64,000 nucleotides of DNA from Verrucomicrobiota bacterium (GTDB taxonomy: Bacteria > Verrucomicrobiota > Verrucomicrobiia > Limisphaerales > JAXMHQ01): positions 55,147 to 119,146 of the forward strand of contig JAXMHQ010000011.1 in the NCBI GenBank assembly GCA_046346665.1, read 5' to 3'. Positions 8,776 to 19,100 of this stretch are shown piece by piece (position 1 is the first letter of the stretch; each line of letters begins with the position of its first letter). Under the pieces are notes generated by a model. It saw only the letters and a list, made by a program, of their open reading frames with translations. It searched no databases and was not told the origin of the DNA. A program made the translations under genes and the position numbers.

Positions 8776-8791
8776 CGGCACCTGGGCTGCT
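8776..8791 (+). promoter_or_regulatory. Sigma-54 (-24/-12) type promoter upstream of glnII
   Basis: CGGCACCTGGGCTGCT has GG-N10-GC spacing and lies 91 nt upstream of ATG 8882. It shares GGCAnCnGGGCTGCTAA with the glnK promoter at 4880. Confidence 0.55.
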
Positions 8792-8881
8792 AAGGATAAC
8801 GCGCGTTGATTTGAAATTGTTGCGTTTGGCTCAATTTGATCAACACCAAACCATAACCTTACATACAAATCCCCCACGCAC

Positions 8882-9907
8882 ATGGCGAAGTATAAACTGG
8901 AATATATATGGCTGGACGGTTATCAACCCGTCGCCAATCTCCGCGGCAAAACCCAGGTCAAGGAATTCGACAGCTTTCCGAAGCTCGAACAGCTCCCGAT
9001 GTGGGGCTTCGACGGCAGTTCGACCCGCCAGGCGGAGGGTCACAGCTCGGATTGCATGCTGAAACCCGTCGCGGTGTATCCGGACGTCACCAAGACCAAC
9101 GCCGGCCTGGTCATGTGCGAAGTCATGATGCCGGACGGCAAGACGCCGCATCCGAGCAACGCGCGCGCGACGATCCTCGACGATCCCGGCGCCTGGTTCG
9201 GTTTCGAGCAGGAATATTTTCTTTACAAGGACGGCGCCCCGCTCGGGTTCCCGGCCGGCGGCGGTTTCCCGCCTCCGCAGGGTGAGTACTACACCGGCGT
9301 CGGCTACAAAAACGTGGGCTGCATCGCCCGCGAGATTGTCGACACGCATCTCGATCTCTGTCTCGCCGCCGGCATCAACCACGAAGGCATCAACGCCGAA
9401 GTGGCGAAGGGCCAGTGGGAATTCCAGATCTTCGGCAAGGGTTCCAAGACCGCGGCCGACCAGATGTGGATGGCGCGCTACATCCTGCTCCGCCTCTGTG
9501 AAAAATACGGCGTGGACGTGAACTTCCATTGCAAACCCCTCGGCAAGGATGTCGACTGGAACGGCTCCGGCATGCACACCAACTTCTCGACGACGCACAT
9601 GCGCGAAGTCGGCGGCAAAGCCTACTTCGAAGCCCTCATGGCCGCGTTCGACAAATACAAGAACGAACACATCGCGGTCTACGGCCCGGACAATCACCTG
9701 CGCCTCACCGGCCTGCACGAAACGCAGTCGATCGACAAGTTCAACTACGGCGTGGCCAACCGCGGCGCCTCGGTCCGCGTCCCCCACAGTTTCGTCAACA
9801 ACGGCTACAAGGGTTACCTCGAAGACCGACGTCCGAATTCGCAGGGCGACCCCTACAAGATCACCAGCCGCATCCTCCAGACGATCGCCACCGTCCCGAC
9901 GAAGTAA
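8882..9907 (+). CDS. glnII: Glutamine synthetase type II (eukaryote-like GSII)
   Basis: 341 aa. MAKYKLEYIWLDG..., GFEQEYFL, NAEVAKGQWEFQI, NGSGMHTNFS, NRGASVRVP: diagnostic GSII length and motifs. Confidence 0.95.
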   Translation: MAKYKLEYIWLDGYQPVANLRGKTQVKEFDSFPKLEQLPMWGFDGSSTRQAEGHSSDCMLKPVAVYPDVTKTNAGLVMCEVMMPDGKTPHPSNARATILDDPGAWFGFEQEYFLYKDGAPLGFPAGGGFPPPQGEYYTGVGYKNVGCIAREIVDTHLDLCLAAGINHEGINAEVAKGQWEFQIFGKGSKTAADQMWMARYILLRLCEKYGVDVNFHCKPLGKDVDWNGSGMHTNFSTTHMREVGGKAYFEALMAAFDKYKNEHIAVYGPDNHLRLTGLHETQSIDKFNYGVANRGASVRVPHSFVNNGYKGYLEDRRPNSQGDPYKITSRILQTIATVPTK

Positions 9908-9931
9908 TCGGCGGCATCCAGTTTCTACGCC

Positions 9932-9966
9932 CAACGCGGCCCCTCACCGGGCCGCGTTGTTTTTTG
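9932..9966 (+). terminator. Rho-independent terminator after glnII
   Basis: Stem CAACGCGGCCC / GGGCCGCGTTG (9932-9942 / 9949-9959), loop CTCACC, then TTTTTT. Confidence 0.8.
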
Positions 9967-10146
9967 GGGGTGAAGTGATGGAGTGATGGAGTAGTGGAGT
10001 GGTGGAGTTACGTGCGGATCGTTCTCGTCCTCGTCCTCCTCCTCGTCCTCGAAAACAGGTCCCGAGGACGAGGACGAGCACGAGGACGAGCACGATGGGA
10101 TTTCGTTCCAGGATTCCATCACTCCAATTCGTCATTCGTCATTCGC
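9967..10146. repeat. Simple-word repeats and hairpin (GGAGTGATGGAGT words; CTCGTCCTCGTCC / GAGGACGAGGACGAG hairpin; GTCATTC x2)
   Basis: 10024-10051 pairs with 10063-10090 (~26 of 28 bp). Tandem GTGATGGAGT-type words at 9972-10005. A CGTCCTCGTC word also occurs at 16040-16070. Confidence 0.8.
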
Positions 10147-10202
10147 AATCCCCGGCGCCGTCGCGCTCTTGACCAGGCCAGACCGCCGGGTAGCTTGGTT
10201 CC

Positions 10203-10823
10203 ATGAATGTGCGCCTCTTCGGAAAGCGCCCGCGTCGGTTTTGCGCCTTTGCAGTTCCGCTCATCCTGTCCGCGCTCCTCATGGGTTGCGACACGCCGGC
10301 GGAGCGGCTCGAACCGGAAGCCGTGGCCACCATCCAGCCCGGTGTGACCACGAAGAAGCAGGTTCTCCAGGAATTCGGCCGACCCAAGGGCACCCTGACC
10401 GGTCGCGGCCGGACGTTGCTTTATTTCGAGCGCGATTACCAGGGCGGCCGCATGGGCATGGCTCCCACGGAACCGGTGAGCGTCGTGGGTTTGTCCGTGT
10501 TGTTCGACCAGAACGACCGGGTGATCCGGACGCTGTTGAGTTCGCACAACTGGGGCGTTATGCCCGCGCGCGGGGCGCCCATGGTCGGCACGCGGGTTTC
10601 ACCGGAGGCCATCGCCGCAATCCAGGTCGGCAAAACCACCCGCAAAGAACTCATCGCCATGATCGGCCAGCCGGACCGCGAAGCCCTCACGCTCGGAGGT
10701 TCCGTCGTGATTTCATGGAACTACTGGCAGCGCGTTCTGAATCGGCAATCGATCCAGTCGCTCCAGGTTTACCTCGATGACCAGGATGTCGTCAGCCAGG
10801 TGAAGACGATCGATGTTCCCTGA
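10203..10823 (+). CDS. Lipoprotein with two BamE/SmpA-OmlA-like domains
   Basis: Lipobox LLMGC. Two repeats of the BamE pattern: IQPGVTTKKQVLQEFGRPKG and IQVGKTTRKELIAMIGQPD. Confidence 0.6.
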   Translation: MNVRLFGKRPRRFCAFAVPLILSALLMGCDTPAERLEPEAVATIQPGVTTKKQVLQEFGRPKGTLTGRGRTLLYFERDYQGGRMGMAPTEPVSVVGLSVLFDQNDRVIRTLLSSHNWGVMPARGAPMVGTRVSPEAIAAIQVGKTTRKELIAMIGQPDREALTLGGSVVISWNYWQRVLNRQSIQSLQVYLDDQDVVSQVKTIDVP

Positions 10824-11145
10824 ACCGGTGTGCGGATGCCTCGAGCGATTTCAAGAAAAGTGTAGCCTTTTATTTGTCCGCAGATTTCGCAGATGAACGC
10901 AGATTATCTGCGAAATCAGTGTAATCTGCGGATGCTCTTTCAGGCACTTGCCGGCTATGGTTTAATTTGAATCCCTCTAGCCAGAATGAGGCAAAGAGGA
11001 CTTGACGCGAATTGTCGCTAATTTCTTCGGGCAGGATTCTGTCGAGCGGCGCCATCCACCAATCCACCGATCCATTTATCCAGCTAACCCGCGGCCCTGG
11101 TCAGGGCTCGACGGAGTCTCGCCCCACCTTCGCGCCAGAACTCCC

Positions 11146-11796
11146 TCAGCGGCGGACGGCGCGGGAGGCCGCGGCGACGAATTCCGCCGCGCGGCGCGTC
11201 AGCTCCGGCCAGTTCGATTCCTGCAGTAATTTCGCGGCTACCAGCGACCCCCCGACGCCGACCGCCGCGCAGCCTGCGTTGAGAAATTCCGCCACGTTGC
11301 CCACGTCCACCCCGCCTGTGGGAACGATTTTCAAATGCGGCAGCGGCGCGCGCAGGGCCTTGATGTAGCCGGGCCCCAGGCCGTCCGCGGGAAAAATCTT
11401 CACGAAATCGGCCCCCGCCTCATGAGCACGCTGCGCTTCGGTGGGCGTGTAGGCGCCCAGCATGACCGGGCGGTCTGATTTCCGGGCGACGGCGACCAGC
11501 TCCGGCCGGCAGATCGGGCTGACGACGAATTCCGCCCCGGCCTCGATCGCCGCGGCGCAGGTTGCTTCGTCGAGCACCGTTCCCACACCGATCAGGGCGC
11601 GGGCGCCAAGCGCGCGCGACGCCTCGCGGATCGCCGCGATGGCGTTCGGCGTCGTCAGGGTGATTTCAATGGCCACGACGCCGCCGGCCAGCAGCGCCTC
11701 CGAAAGCGGCAGCACCTGTTCGGCTTTTTGCGCGCGCACCACCGCGATGATTCCCGGGTGGGTCAGCAATGAAATGATTTCAGACTTCGATCGCAT
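11146..11796 (-). CDS. eda: 2-dehydro-3-deoxyphosphogluconate (KDPG) / KHG aldolase
   Basis: ATG 11796 within ORF 11146..11913. IIAVVRA, IEITLTTPNA, IGVGTVL, FVVSP and VKIFPA match the Eda family pattern. Confidence 0.85.
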   Translation of the reverse strand: MRSKSEIISLLTHPGIIAVVRAQKAEQVLPLSEALLAGGVVAIEITLTTPNAIAAIREASRALGARALIGVGTVLDEATCAAAIEAGAEFVVSPICRPELVAVARKSDRPVMLGAYTPTEAQRAHEAGADFVKIFPADGLGPGYIKALRAPLPHLKIVPTGGVDVGNVAEFLNAGCAAVGVGGSLVAAKLLQESNWPELTRRAAEFVAAASRAVRR

Positions 11797-11955
11797 GGGC
11801 AGATTAAACCAAAACCGGCAGGGTTCGGGAAAGCCAGAAGGCGTGGAGATCGCGCGAAGGATGCAAAGGGGGCGAAGTGGGAATGGCCTCGATTTACCCC
11901 GGGCATCCCTCAATCCCCCCCTTCGCTCCCGTCGCGTCCTTCGCGCGACATCTCC

Positions 11956-13443
11956 TTACTTTCGCAGCCCGTACCGCTGGATGCGCGAGGCGAGGGTGGT
12001 GGGGCGCATGCCGAGCAGGGCGGCGGCGCCGTCCGGGCCGTAGAGTTGCCCACCGGTTTGTTCCAGTGCGCGGGCGATGACTTCGCGCTCCTGCCGTTTC
12101 AAATCGGTCAGCGCCTGGCCGTCCACTTCCGGCGCCGGCGCCGCCGCCTTCCGGCCGGCCGCCAGCGAATCGCGGCTCAGCGCGAATTCCAGCCGGCCTT
12201 TGCTCGCCTGCAGAATCATCGCCCGCTCGATCACGTTTTGCAGTTCCCGCACATTGCCCGGCCAGTCGTAGGATTCCAATTGCCGGAGCTGGGCCGGGAA
12301 CAGGCGCGGTGCCCGGGCGCCGAGCCGTTGCGCGGATTGTTGAAGGAAAAATTCCGCCAGCGGCGCGATGTCCTCCCGGCGTTCGCGCAGCGGCGGCAGT
12401 TCAATCGGAAACACGCTCAGCCGGAAATACAGGTCCTGGCGGAAATGGCCCGCGCGCGCCTCGGCGTGCAGGTCCCGATTCGTGGCGGCAATCAGACGGA
12501 TATCCACCGTCCGGGTCTTTTCCTCGCCGACCTTCTCGAACTGGCCTTCCTGCAGCACTCGCAGCAGCTTCGCCTGGAGATCCAGCGGAATCTCGCCCAC
12601 CTCGTCCAGGAACAGCGTCCCGCCATGCGCCAGTTCGAATCGGCCGGTGCGATCCTTCACCGCCCCCGTGAACGCGCCCTTCACATGGCCGAAGAATTCG
12701 CTCTCGAACAAATCCTTTGGGATGCTGGCGCAATTCACCCGCACCAGCGGCTTGTCCCGGCGCGCGCTGTTCTCGTGAATCGCCCGCGCCACCAACTCCT
12801 TGCCGGTGCCGGATTCCCCCAGGATCAACACCCCCGCCGGCGTGGGCGCCACCACCCGGATCTGCTCCAGCACCTTTTTCAAGGCGTCGCTCCGGCCGAT
12901 GATGCTGCCGAAATTCGATTGCGACCGGACTTCGTCGAGCAGCCATTCGTTCTCGCGCTCAAGGGCCTTGGTCTTCTCGATGCACACCAGCGCGCCGATT
13001 GTCCCGACAATCCGCCCCTGTGCGTCCAGGTAGGGCGTTGCCATCACCTGGACCCAGCGCCGGCCGCCGCCTTTTTGCAGCAGCTCGTGCTCGTACATCT
13101 CGCACTTGCCCGACAGCCGTTCGCTCAGCCGCCGCCTCTGCTGCGGCCATTCCTCGGGCGCCAGCAGCAGCTCGTAGCTTGTCTTTCCAACCAGCTCGTC
13201 CTTCGTGTAGCCGGTGATGTCGCAGAACCGCCCGTTCGCATACACCACCCGGCTCTCTTCATCCGTGATCACCAGCCCCTCCGCCAGGCTCTCCAGCACC
13301 GTCCGGAAAAATTCCTCCCGGCCCGCCCGCGCCTGCTCCCACAATTCGCGCCCCCGGCGCCGCACCTCCCGCTCACGCCGGCCCAGCAACTCCGTGTCCG
13401 AAGACACCGCCGCCTTCACAGATCCCTGGCTCGATTTCGTCAT
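11956..13443 (-). CDS. Sigma-54-dependent transcriptional activator with N-terminal PAS domain (no receiver domain)
   Basis: PAS (ITDEESRVVYANGRFCDITGYTKDELVG). AAA+ Walker A GESGTGKELVARAIH. Sigma-54 contact motif GHVKGAFTGA. C-terminal Fis-type HTH AAALLGMRPTTLASRIQRYGL. Confidence 0.9.
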   Translation of the reverse strand: MTKSSQGSVKAAVSSDTELLGRREREVRRRGRELWEQARAGREEFFRTVLESLAEGLVITDEESRVVYANGRFCDITGYTKDELVGKTSYELLLAPEEWPQQRRRLSERLSGKCEMYEHELLQKGGGRRWVQVMATPYLDAQGRIVGTIGALVCIEKTKALERENEWLLDEVRSQSNFGSIIGRSDALKKVLEQIRVVAPTPAGVLILGESGTGKELVARAIHENSARRDKPLVRVNCASIPKDLFESEFFGHVKGAFTGAVKDRTGRFELAHGGTLFLDEVGEIPLDLQAKLLRVLQEGQFEKVGEEKTRTVDIRLIAATNRDLHAEARAGHFRQDLYFRLSVFPIELPPLRERREDIAPLAEFFLQQSAQRLGARAPRLFPAQLRQLESYDWPGNVRELQNVIERAMILQASKGRLEFALSRDSLAAGRKAAAPAPEVDGQALTDLKRQEREVIARALEQTGGQLYGPDGAAALLGMRPTTLASRIQRYGLRK

Positions 13444-13482
13444 GGACCGAACCTACGGCAGAATTCCCGCGGCGCAACGACA

Positions 13483-13530
13483 ATTCGTGTTTCTACAACG
13501 AAGATGCGTGAAAACACGAAAAAACGTTGT
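13483..13530. promoter_or_regulatory. Nested dyad symmetry, candidate activator (UAS) site
   Basis: TCGTGTTTC (13485-13493) with GAAAACACGA (13511-13520). ACAACG (13495-13500) with CGTTGT (13525-13530). Lies ~100 nt upstream of the sigma-54-like promoter at 13621. Confidence 0.35.
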
Positions 13531-13620
13531 GTCGACGCTGAAGTCGATCGGCCCTCAGTATGATTAGAAACATTTGATGCACAACGTCCTAAGAATGGTT
13601 CTTCGCAATTATTCATGAAT

Positions 13621-13636
13621 TGGCATGGCAGCAGCA
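13621..13636 (+). promoter_or_regulatory. Sigma-54 (-24/-12) type promoter upstream of the nitroreductase operon
   Basis: TGGCATGGCAGCAGCA has GG-N10-GC spacing and lies 52 nt upstream of ATG 13688, in an AT-rich gap divergent from the sigma-54 activator gene. Confidence 0.5.
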
Positions 13637-13687
13637 ATGGGAGATAATCGTAGAAACAACCAAACAATCTAAAGAACGACACAGACG

Positions 13688-14338
13688 ATGAGCACGACTT
13701 CGACACAGAACCTGGTGGGCGCTTTGAACTGGCGGTATGCGACCAAGGCGTTTGATCCGCAGCGGAAGATTCCGGCGGACGTATGGCAGACCCTGGTGCA
13801 GGCGCTGGTATTGACGCCGACCTCCTATGGATTGCAGCCGTACCGGTTCCTGGTGGTGAGCGACCCGGCGAAGCGCCAGGCGTTGCTGCCGCATAGCTGG
13901 AACCAGCGGCAGGTCGTCGACGCCTCCCAATATGTCGTGTTCGCGGCGCGCACGGGCGTGAGCGAATCGGATGTCGACCGCCTGATCGCCAAGACGAGCG
14001 AAGTGCGCCAGATCCCGGCGGCGGCGCTGTCGGGTTACCGCGACATGATGCTGGGCGACCTGGTGAAGGGGCCGCGCAGCGCGATCGCGAATCACTGGGC
14101 GGCGCGCCAGGCGTACATCGCCCTGGGCAACCTGCTGACCAGCGCGGCGCTGCTCGGCGTCGACGCGACTCCCATGGAAGGATTCAATCCGGCGGAATAC
14201 GACCGGATCCTGGAGTTGAACGGGACCGGCTACGCGGCCGTGGTGGCCTGCGCGCTGGGTTACCGGTCGGCCGAAGACAAATACGCCGCGCTGCCGAAGG
14301 TTCGTTACGAGACCTCGGAGCTCGTGCAGACGATTTAA
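13688..14338 (+). CDS. Nitroreductase-family NAD(P)H oxidoreductase
   Basis: RYATKAFDPQRKIP, LTPTSYGLQPYRFLVV and MEGF are typical of the NfsB/NfnB-like nitroreductase fold. Confidence 0.85.
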   Translation: MSTTSTQNLVGALNWRYATKAFDPQRKIPADVWQTLVQALVLTPTSYGLQPYRFLVVSDPAKRQALLPHSWNQRQVVDASQYVVFAARTGVSESDVDRLIAKTSEVRQIPAAALSGYRDMMLGDLVKGPRSAIANHWAARQAYIALGNLLTSAALLGVDATPMEGFNPAEYDRILELNGTGYAAVVACALGYRSAEDKYAALPKVRYETSELVQTI

Positions 14339-14380
14339 GACGGGCACAAACCTGAAACGCGGCAATGCCGCCCATGAAGT

Positions 14381-15076
14381 ATGATGACACTGCGCAAAGC
14401 CAAAGATCGCGGGCACGCCGACTATGGCTGGTTGGACACCTGGTATTCGTTTTCCTTTGCCGATTACCACGATCCCCGGCACATGGGATTTCGCAGCCTG
14501 CGGGTGATCAACGACGACACGGTCGCGGGCGGGGGTGGATTCGACATGCACCCGCATCGCGACATGGAGATCATCACCTATGTCCTGCGCGGGGCGCTTC
14601 AGCACCGCGACAGCATGGGGAACACCGCGGTGATGAAGGCGGGCGACGTCCAGCGCATCAGCGCCGGGACCGGGATTCTGCACAGCGAATTCAATTATTC
14701 GCCGATCGAACCGGTGCACCTGCTGCAGATGTGGATTTTCCCCGATGAAAAGGGCGTGAAACCCAGCTACGCGGAACGGTCGTTCGCCGGCGCGGAATCC
14801 GGGCGATTGCACCTGATCGCCTCCAAGTCCGGCCGTGACGGATCCGTGAGCATCCACCAGGACGCCGATGTTTATGTGGCGAAACTGGACGCGGGCAGCC
14901 GTGTCGAGCACGCGCTCAAGCCCGGCCGCCACGCCTGGCTGCAGCTCGCCGAGGGCGAAATGACCGTGAACGGCAAGCGCCTCACCGCCGGCGACGGCGT
15001 CGCGCTGAGCGATGAACCCGCCTTGAACCTGGCCGCCTCCGGCCCGGCCCAGGCCGTCGTGTTCGATATGAACTGA
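14381..15076 (+). CDS. Pirin-family protein
   Basis: RGHADYGWLDTWYSFSFADYHDP and GFDMHPHRDMEIITYVLRGALQHRDSMGN show the cupin metal-binding His pattern. Confidence 0.9.
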   Translation: MMTLRKAKDRGHADYGWLDTWYSFSFADYHDPRHMGFRSLRVINDDTVAGGGGFDMHPHRDMEIITYVLRGALQHRDSMGNTAVMKAGDVQRISAGTGILHSEFNYSPIEPVHLLQMWIFPDEKGVKPSYAERSFAGAESGRLHLIASKSGRDGSVSIHQDADVYVAKLDAGSRVEHALKPGRHAWLQLAEGEMTVNGKRLTAGDGVALSDEPALNLAASGPAQAVVFDMN

Positions 15077-15080
15077 AATC

Positions 15081-15347
15081 GTGCCGATGAAACGTTTCTG
15101 GATCCTGTTCCCGGCTGCGCTCGCGCTTGCCGCCACGGTTTACTGGCTGGCGGCGGGTGCGCACCGGGGCTGGACCCGGACCAGCCTGGTGCGCGTGCAA
15201 GTGGACGAAGTCACCGGCATCGAAGGCCGCACCTATGTGCCCGGCTTCGTGCCGGGGATCGATTTTCTCGCGGCTTCCTGGGGCGCCTCCGCGCTGCTCG
15301 GTGCCGCCGGATGGTTCGTCGCCCGCCGTTTCTCCAAATCAACCTGA
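15081..15347 (+). CDS. Small membrane protein, hypothetical
   Basis: 88 aa with two hydrophobic helices. Tightly packed between the pirin and YceI genes. Confidence 0.45.
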   Translation: MPMKRFWILFPAALALAATVYWLAAGAHRGWTRTSLVRVQVDEVTGIEGRTYVPGFVPGIDFLAASWGASALLGAAGWFVARRFSKST

Positions 15348-15366
15348 CTCTCAAACCCAAAACTCC

Positions 15367-15978
15367 ATGAAAACAAAAATCCTCCTCTGTTCCATTCTCG
15401 CATTGTCCGCGCGCCTGGCCTTGGCGGCTCCTGAAACGTTCGATTTCAAGGATCCCAAGGGCGTCAACAACGCGGTGTTCAAACTCGACGCGCCGCTCGA
15501 AGCCATCAATGGCAGCGCCAGCGGCGTCTCGGGCACCGTCACCTTCGATCCCGAAAATCCCGGCGCCACCAAGGGCACGATCGTCGTGACCAGTTCATCG
15601 CTCACCGTTCCCAATGCGATGCAGCAGGGCCATATGCACGGGCCCATGTGGCTCGATGTGGCCAAATATCCCGAGATCAGCTTCGAAGCCAAAAAGCTGT
15701 CCAACGTCAAGACCGACGGCAACGTCACCATGGCCGACGCCGCCGGCACGTTCACGTTGAAAGGCGTCGCCAAGGACATCACCGTCCCGGTTAAACTGAC
15801 TTATTTGAAGGACAAGCTGGGCGCCCGCATCCCGAACATGAAAGGCGACCTGCTTGTGATTCGTTCCACCTTCACCATCAAGCGCAGCGATTTCAACATC
15901 CAGCCGCATCAGATGGAGGAGAAAGTTTCGGACGACATCGAGATCACCCTGAGCATCGCCGGCGCGGCGGCCAAGTGA
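15367..15978 (+). CDS. YceI-family periplasmic protein
   Basis: ATG 15367 within ORF 15127..15978. Signal peptide MKTKILLCSILALSARLALA. YceI pattern FDFKDPKG..., GTVTFDPENP, MWLDVAKYPEISFEAKK, GTFTLKGVAKDITVPV. Confidence 0.8.
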   Translation: MKTKILLCSILALSARLALAAPETFDFKDPKGVNNAVFKLDAPLEAINGSASGVSGTVTFDPENPGATKGTIVVTSSSLTVPNAMQQGHMHGPMWLDVAKYPEISFEAKKLSNVKTDGNVTMADAAGTFTLKGVAKDITVPVKLTYLKDKLGARIPNMKGDLLVIRSTFTIKRSDFNIQPHQMEEKVSDDIEITLSIAGAAAK

Positions 15979-16162
15979 GCAGGGGGGGATGGATTGATGG
16001 ATTAATGGATTAATGGATAGAAGGGAACACCGCGCTCGTAATCGTCCTCGTCGTCGTCCTCGTCCTCGGTTCCCAGTTCTGGCCCGGGCATCGAGGCCAG
16101 CGCTCCCCGACGGCATTTCCCCCGCTTGAATCCCGCCCCATTCGATCCTATTGTGCGCCCGC

Positions 16163-19100
16163 ATGTCGAAATCGTCACCGCCGCCCGCCATTCGGCTCCG
16201 CGGCGTTCGCCAGAATAACCTGAAGGGATTCGACCTGGACCTGCCGCAAAACCAGTTGATCGTCGTCACTGGTTTGAGCGGGTCCGGGAAAAGTTCCCTC
16301 GCCTTCGACACCCTCTTTGCCGAGGGGCAGCGGCGTTACATCGAGACCTTCTCCCCCTACGCCCGGCAGTTCTTCGACCGGATGGACAAGCCCCAGGTGG
16401 ATCGCATCGAGGGAATCCCGCCGGCCATCGCGATCGAACAGCGCAATTCCGTCCGGACGACGCGCTCCACCGTGGGGACGATGACGGAGATTTGCGATTA
16501 CATGAAGGTGCTGTGGCCGCACCTGGCCCGACTTCATTGCCGTTCCTGCGGACGGCCCGTCCGGAAAGAGGCGCCCGGGGATGTTTACGCCCGGTTCGAA
16601 GCCGTCGCCGCCGAAGTCCTGGTTGCCTTCGACCTGCCGTTGTCCGACAAACTGTCCCTGCAGGATTCGCTGGCGCTTGTGGCGAAGCAGGGATATCAAC
16701 GCCTGCTGGTCGACGGCCGGGTGATCCGGCTGGAGGAAGCTGCCGGGGCGCTGTCGAAACCGGACAAACTGCTCACGCTCACCCTGGTCCAGGACAGACT
16801 GCGGGCCGGCAAAGACACGCGCGCCCGGTTCGTCGAGGCTTGCGAGCAGGCTTATCATTTCGGCAAGGGCAAGCTCGCCATCCACACCGCCGACCCTCAG
16901 CAGGCCGGCGCCTGGAAGCTCACGCGACGGTTTTCGAACCGGCTGCATTGCGCCGATTGCGACCTGGATTACCGGGATCCATCCACGGCCTTGTTCAGTT
17001 TCAATCATCCGCTCGGCGCGTGTCCGTCGTGCAAGGGATTCGGCCGGATTATCACAATCGATTTCAACCTGGCGATACCGGACCGATCGCTGACGCTTGC
17101 TGCGGGCGCGGTGAAACCCTGGCGGAGCGGATTCAGCGCGGAATGCCAGAAGGATCTCGCCCGGTTCTGCAAAAAACGGGGCGTGCCCATGGACGTGCCG
17201 TTCAACAGGCTGCCGGCCGCGCAGCAGAAATGGGTGCTGGAAGGCGACGCCGGATACGGCAGCGACAAGGCTCACGAATGGCCGAACGCGTGGTACGGCG
17301 TCCAGGGCTACTTCCGCTGGCTCGAAGGCAAGTCCTACAAAATGCACGTGCGCGTGCTCCTGTCCCGATACCGTTCCTACGTGCCGTGCCCCGACTGCCG
17401 GGGCGCGCGCTTTCAGCCGGACGCGTTGTTGTATCGGCTCGACGGCGCCCCCGAGTCGGGGAAGGGGATGAGCCTGGCCGAGTTTTACCAGTTGCAGGTG
17501 CAGCAGGCGCGGCCGTTGCTGGAGAGTTTTCTGAAATCGCGGCGTTCCCGTTCGTCGTCACCATCCCGCAGCCCCGTGACGCTCGCGCTCGAGGAGGTCG
17601 TGTCGCGGCTGCAGTACCTCGACCAGGTCGGGCTTGGGTATCTCACGCTGGATCGCCCGACCCGCTCGCTCTCGGGCGGCGAGACGGAGCGGGTGAATCT
17701 CACCACCTGCCTCGGTACGCGGCTGGTTCACACGCTGTTCGTGCTCGACGAACCCAGCGTCGGCCTGCACGCGCGCGACACCGAGCGCCTGGTCGAAGTG
17801 CTGCTCCAGTTGCGCTCGGCCGGCAACACCGTCGTCGTGGTCGAACACGAACCCGCCGTCATGCGCGCGGCGGACCAGGTCATCGATCTCGGCCCCGGAC
17901 ACGGCGCTTCCGGCGGGAGCGTGCAATTCCAAGGCGCCTATCCTGAATTGCTGCGATGCGCGGAAAGTCTCACCGGCCAATACCTCTCGGGCCGGCGCCG
18001 GCAGGACCGGCCCCCGCGGCGGTCCGTCGCAGGAAACAAAGTGCCCTGGCTCATCGTGCACGAGGCCACGGCTCATAACCTGAAAGGTTTGCGGGTCGAC
18101 ATTCCCCTGCAGCGGCTGGTCTGTTTGAGCGGCGTCAGCGGCTCCGGCAAATCCACGCTGCTGCGCGATATCTTACTGCCCGCGCTCCAGCAGGCCCTGC
18201 ATTCCACGCCCGATTCGGGCGCGGGTGCGGACGAGGAAACCGATTCTCCCGATCCCGCAACCCCGGTCGTGCCCGCCGCGCGACTGGAAGGGTGCGGGCA
18301 CCTCGCGCGGGCCGTGTGGGTGGACCAGTCCAGTCTCGGCCGCACGCCTCGATCCAACCCGGCGGTGTACATCGGGGCGTTCGAGGAGATCCGGGATGTG
18401 TTCGCGCAGACGGAAGGCGCGCGCCGGCGCGGATTGAACTCGAGCGCGTTCAGCTTCAATTCCGGCCAGGGCCAGTGCGAACGCTGCCGCGGAGCGGGCT
18501 TCGAAAAAATCGAGATGCAATTTCTCAGCGATGTGTTTGTGCGCTGCCCGGAATGCAACGGCCGCCGTTACCGGCCGCACATTCTCGAGGTGAAATTGCG
18601 CGCCGCCGGCCGCGACTGGAGCATCGCCGACCTGCTGGAAAGCACGGTCGACGAGGCGGTCGGGGTGATGGCCGCTTTCGAAGGATCCCGCGCCGCGGCC
18701 CGCGCGCGGCAGAGGCTGGCGCTGCTTCAGGAAGTCGGTTTGGGTTATCTCAGCCTCGGACAACCCGTCAATACGCTGTCGGGTGGCGAAAGCCAGCGGC
18801 TGAAACTTGTGAGGCATCTTGTCGATGCCTCAGTCGAGAGTCGAGAGTCGAGAGTCGAGGGTAGGTTGGTTGCTGGCGCTCGACCTTCGACCCTCGACTC
18901 TCGACCGACCTTGTTCCTGTTCGACGAGCCGACGACGGGCCTGCATTTCGAGGACGTCCGCGTGTTGCTGAAAGTTTTTCAGCGGCTGGTGGACGCCGGG
19001 CATTCGGTCCTGGTGGTGGAGCACAACCTGGACGTGATCCGCGCGGCGGACTGGGTGATCGACCTGGGGCCGGAGGCGGCTGAGCGGGGCGGGACCATTG

